A DNA stretch of 64,000 nucleotides from Psammoneis japonica (Eukaryota). The notes under the pieces are model-generated. The model did not search any database, was not told where the DNA came from, and saw only the letters and a list, made by a program, of their open reading frames with translations. This document shows, in pieces, positions 60,646-64,000 of this stretch. Both the position numbers and the translations under genes were made by a program. Each line of letters begins with the position of its first letter. Position 1 is the first letter of the stretch. The stretch covers positions 62,001 through 126,000 of the forward strand of contig QPGO01000192.1 of NCBI GenBank assembly GCA_008632985.1. The letters are read 5' to 3'.

Positions 60646-61293
60646 CCCAACCGAGAACAATCCATTCCTCCTCAAACATGATGGATTTTTGAAATGACAC
60701 AGCCCAAAGTGATCAATCAGTCGATGCGGGCCAATCGTTCGTCGCATGTCCGACATTCCGGGTGCTTGGCACGAATGAATCATCAATCACTCCGACTCAG
60801 GACTAAAAACCCTGTGCCCACGTAGAAAACTACGTGTTGAGATACCACGCAAAATTAAAATACACATGTGGCAATTTGTCGCGTGGCAGTCGTTGAAATA
60901 TTTATGTCCGAGAAAGAGTTCGTTATCCCCAGCAAACAACCTGACGGTACGGGGTATCTGGTACAATATCTACGCAAAAGCACCGGAACCCTTGAGAGGT
61001 TCGTTTCGTGTACAAATTCGAGCTCGTGGTGGGGTGGCATGTTGTTTCGGCAAAGTTGCTTTTTACGACAGTGTCAAGGTGATGTGTTTTACAGTGTATG
61101 GATGACCATGAACAGCAGCAGAAGAAGTAGTGTAGGGCCGCACATGAGTTAAAAAGAGACACTCTCTGTTTGAAATAGTCCTGCTTGAATCGGAATTGAT
61201 CATCCCCTCTGTGCCAGGTTTAGCGTCGAGCAGCAAAAACGCTGTCAATTTCAAGTGTCCATCAGTCGCAACTCGAAACTGAAAGAAACGGGA

Positions 61294-63300
61294 ATGGTGG
61301 TGGTGCATCGTCATGTCTCTGCACTCTTGTCGCTGCTTACTCTGCTTCATAGAGCAGTAGTCACAGCATACCGCTATGCAGTGATTCCGAAAAGAATCAA
61401 CAGTCCTTTTTTCGAGGCGGTCCGCCAGGGATGCGAGCATCAAGCACGGCAATACGACAATGTTGAATGCGTGTACACTGGACCTGCCGACACTACCAAT
61501 TTGACAGAACGACAAGTGGAAATATTGACAGAGCTACTACCCACAATTGATGGGTTTGCCATTGCCGTCAAGGACGCTACCGTTATTGGAGATTTGATTG
61601 ATTCTGCCGTGGAAACAGGCAAGTTTGCTCTAACTTTTGACAGTGATGCAGAGGACAGCATGCGAAACGCATACGTGGGGACCGACAATTACAAGTTTGG
61701 GAGGGAGCTTGCGCATGTCCTATTGCAGCTCGCACCAGAGGGCGGGTCGTATGGTATAATAACGGGAAGCTTTACGTCTCCAAACCTTGTTGCAAGGGTC
61801 AATGGAGTCCGTGATGGTTTGAAAAGGAGCGAGTGGGTCGAAGTGGCAAGCTCACCACGCAATGGTCTCGGAAAACCTTTGGTCGCGGTTCAAGAAATGG
61901 AAGATCTTGCGCAGCTATATCCTGACATACGGGCCATTATCCCCGTTGGGGGTTGGCCCATGTACGATGAGGAAGCTTGGCAGTCGTTTGTAGGAAAGTA
62001 CCCACGTATTGTCACGGTTTGCGCAGATGCGCTTGACATTCAAATTCAATTAATGAATCGAGGAATGGTCAATGGACTTGTTGGACAGCTTCCGTTTCAA
62101 TTTGGGCAGTTTGCGATTGAAAAGCTACACCTTCTCAAGACTAGTCAAGTCCAGGGCTTACCGGCCCCTTTTCCAAATGGCAGCATCTTCCCGACGGCAG
62201 TCCTTAATGTGTTACAGATTCCACAGAATCTTCCGCCTTTGACGGAGGATATGAATTACATTGGATCCTTGGCCATACTTGGTTATGTGCTCTTTGGTAT
62301 CATCGTAGCGTCATGCTTTGTGTTTGCGGGATGGACCTATGTCAATCGCAACTCTCCCGTGGTGCTACTCTCTCAACCGCCATTTCTTTATATGATTCTC
62401 GCTGGGGTTTTGATTATGGGGGCAGCAATCATTCCTTTATCGATTGATGATGAGAAGCATTCTACAAGAGGATGTAGCATTGCTTGTATGTGCGTTCCTT
62501 GGTTAATTACCATTGGCTTTGTTACTACATTTTCGGCCCTCTTTAGCAAGACGTGGCGTCTCAACAGAATCCATAGGAACGCTCAGAACTTTCGACGCGT
62601 CCAGGTAACTGTGGCGGACGTCCTCGTACCGTTTGCTTTGCTATTGACGTTGAACGTCATTGTCTTGCTTTGCTGGACTCTGATTGCACCTTTGCAATAC
62701 GAACGAAGAGCATCAGCGGGGACAGACAATTGGAATCGGGTGTCAAGAAGTTACTACGGTGCCTGCTTTGGACCAGACGATGTCAAGGGAGGAGCTACTC
62801 CATATGTCGTGCTGCTTGTGGTGATTAACTTTTCGGTCATTATTGTTGCAAACATCCAGGCCTACAAGGCGAGAAAGATCCAGAAGATCTACATGGATGA
62901 GTCCAAATACATTGGCTACATTATGCTCAGCATTCTCCAGGGGTGGATGGTGGGAATTCCGATACTGGCACTATCACGCGATGATCCTCAAGCATCCTTT
63001 GTCGTGTTGTCAGTCATCATTTTTGCCACTTCAATGGCGACGCTCCTTTTCCTTTTCGTGCCAAAAATTACTACTGACAAGGAAAGCTTAACAGATGGCC
63101 AGAGGCATTCATCAACGGTTGAAGCAATTCGAAACGCAGTGGCGGTGAGCGCCTTGGATAAAGAAAGCGAGATAGGAACGATACAAGAGGAAGATTCATC
63201 AAACATTGCTTCGAACGCTCCGATAAAGAGGTCGGAAAATGGTGGAGACGGGACTACCGCACTCGCTAACGTTGATGAAACGCACGTTGGGCTGCGATGA
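61294..63300 (+). CDS. Class C (GABA-B-like) GPCR with N-terminal periplasmic sugar-binding (RbsB-like) domain
   Basis: Signal peptide; 'NSPFF..V..G', 'TFDSD..YVGTDNY..G' sugar-binding domain; 7TM with SQPPFL, FSALFSKTWR, ESKYI, LFLFVPK. Confidence 0.92.
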   Translation: MVVVHRHVSALLSLLTLLHRAVVTAYRYAVIPKRINSPFFEAVRQGCEHQARQYDNVECVYTGPADTTNLTERQVEILTELLPTIDGFAIAVKDATVIGDLIDSAVETGKFALTFDSDAEDSMRNAYVGTDNYKFGRELAHVLLQLAPEGGSYGIITGSFTSPNLVARVNGVRDGLKRSEWVEVASSPRNGLGKPLVAVQEMEDLAQLYPDIRAIIPVGGWPMYDEEAWQSFVGKYPRIVTVCADALDIQIQLMNRGMVNGLVGQLPFQFGQFAIEKLHLLKTSQVQGLPAPFPNGSIFPTAVLNVLQIPQNLPPLTEDMNYIGSLAILGYVLFGIIVASCFVFAGWTYVNRNSPVVLLSQPPFLYMILAGVLIMGAAIIPLSIDDEKHSTRGCSIACMCVPWLITIGFVTTFSALFSKTWRLNRIHRNAQNFRRVQVTVADVLVPFALLLTLNVIVLLCWTLIAPLQYERRASAGTDNWNRVSRSYYGACFGPDDVKGGATPYVVLLVVINFSVIIVANIQAYKARKIQKIYMDESKYIGYIMLSILQGWMVGIPILALSRDDPQASFVVLSVIIFATSMATLLFLFVPKITTDKESLTDGQRHSSTVEAIRNAVAVSALDKESEIGTIQEEDSSNIASNAPIKRSENGGDGTTALANVDETHVGLR

Positions 63301-63596
63301 TCAGGTAGAGTAACAACCGAGAGTGGCACGCTCAATCTGGCAACAAAGCAACTTCGAAACAATCGTTGATCCGCGCCGCAATCAAAGGGGCACATGGTAG
63401 CTTTTGAATCATACGTTCTTCCGTGAGGAGAATCATAATTCCGATGGGAGGGTCGTGCAATTTCTGCACGGAATGATGTGCCAGCAGATTCGCCCGGAGG
63501 GGTGGGGGGAGCGGAAAAATCGGTTCTTAGTTAATGACAGCGTTGGCTGTGCTCTCTAGTAGAGTAGCTAGCAAGTAGTGGTCCTCTACTAGTAGC

Positions 63597-63682
63597 TAGT
63601 AGAGAGTAATGTCTATTCGAATCTGCCTGAGTACGTAGTAGTAGAGAGTAATGTCTATTCGAATCTGCCTGAGTACGTAGTA
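63597..63682. repeat. 42-bp tandem duplication in a TAG-rich island
   Basis: TAGTAGAGAGTAATGTCTATTCGAATCTGCCTGAGTACGTAG twice. Confidence 0.9.
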
Positions 63683-63798
63683 TGTAAGCATCAAGATTTC
63701 ACCCGGTTTCTCGTATCTTTCATGTACCTATAACGCTTTGCGTTTACCAAGACGCTCGATCTCCTCATGTTGAACAGTTTATATAACTCTTCTTGGGT

Positions 63799-64000
63799 TT
63801 ATGCGGCTTTTGAGGCAAAGAATTCCATTTTTCTCTTTGACGCTTTCGCGGACTTCACTTTTGGCATTTCAGGACGAAAAGCCTGCTCTGAAACGGTGCC
63901 TTCTCCCTCTGTTACACCCTCTCCTACCCAAAATGTGACCATATCCCCTTTGCCCTTGACCGGAACCTTACCACGCTTGGTCAGCGGCACGGACGGATCC
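63799..64000 (-). CDS. 3' end of a class III adenylate/guanylate cyclase (runs off window)
   Basis: 'RGKVPVKGKGDMVTFWV' is the canonical cyclase C-terminal motif. Confidence 0.88.
   Translation of the reverse strand, partial: DPSVPLTKRGKVPVKGKGDMVTFWVGEGVTEGEGTVSEQAFRPEMPKVKSAKASKRKMEFFASKAA

Noticed and set aside
7000..60700. Hundreds of overlapping Cys/His/Met/Trp-rich ORFs on all six frames in the TA-depleted domains
   Set aside because: By-product of TpA loss: TAA/TAG stops are erased and TGY/CAY/ATG codons are created. They are not genuine Cys-rich proteins.
60868..61152. Small ORF upstream of the GPCR
   Set aside because: Non-ATG start and no recognisable motif.

Overview
Eukaryotic nuclear DNA, very probably from a pennate diatom (short GT-AG introns, CoDi-type Copia elements, sugar-binding-domain GPCR, receptor-type cyclase). 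The window alternates between two sequence types. (i) Ordinary gene blocks: DUF3605 protein, a large 3-exon unknown gene, an REase+kinase (Crinkler-like) gene, a putative glycosyltransferase with a deleted paralog, a secreted GACC Cys-repeat protein, a sulfatase, a LEA-like secreted protein, a LURP/tubby-like protein, a class C GPCR and a cyclase 3' end. (ii) Transposon-rich domains (~6420-19820, ~32130-33560, ~37410-40450, ~45100-56000, ~56640-60790) from which the dinucleotide TpA has been almost erased and replaced by TpG/CpA. TIR pairs, tandem-repeat copies and Tyr->Cys/His changes in conserved Copia, CRE and aminotransferase motifs give the direction as TA->TG/CA. The loss depends on flanking context, is separable from CpG decay, and spares coding tandem repeats and some transposons. 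This looks like a RIP-analogous hypermutation process acting on A:T pairs and is the main candidate novel system; a base-calling artefact caused by a DNA modification at TA must be excluded. Also found: a TTAA-flanked Kolobok-like element, two long-TIR elements with convergent ORFs, several MITEs including a 31-bp minimal one, and TAG/CTAG-rich intergenic islands. All counts and alignments were done by eye.
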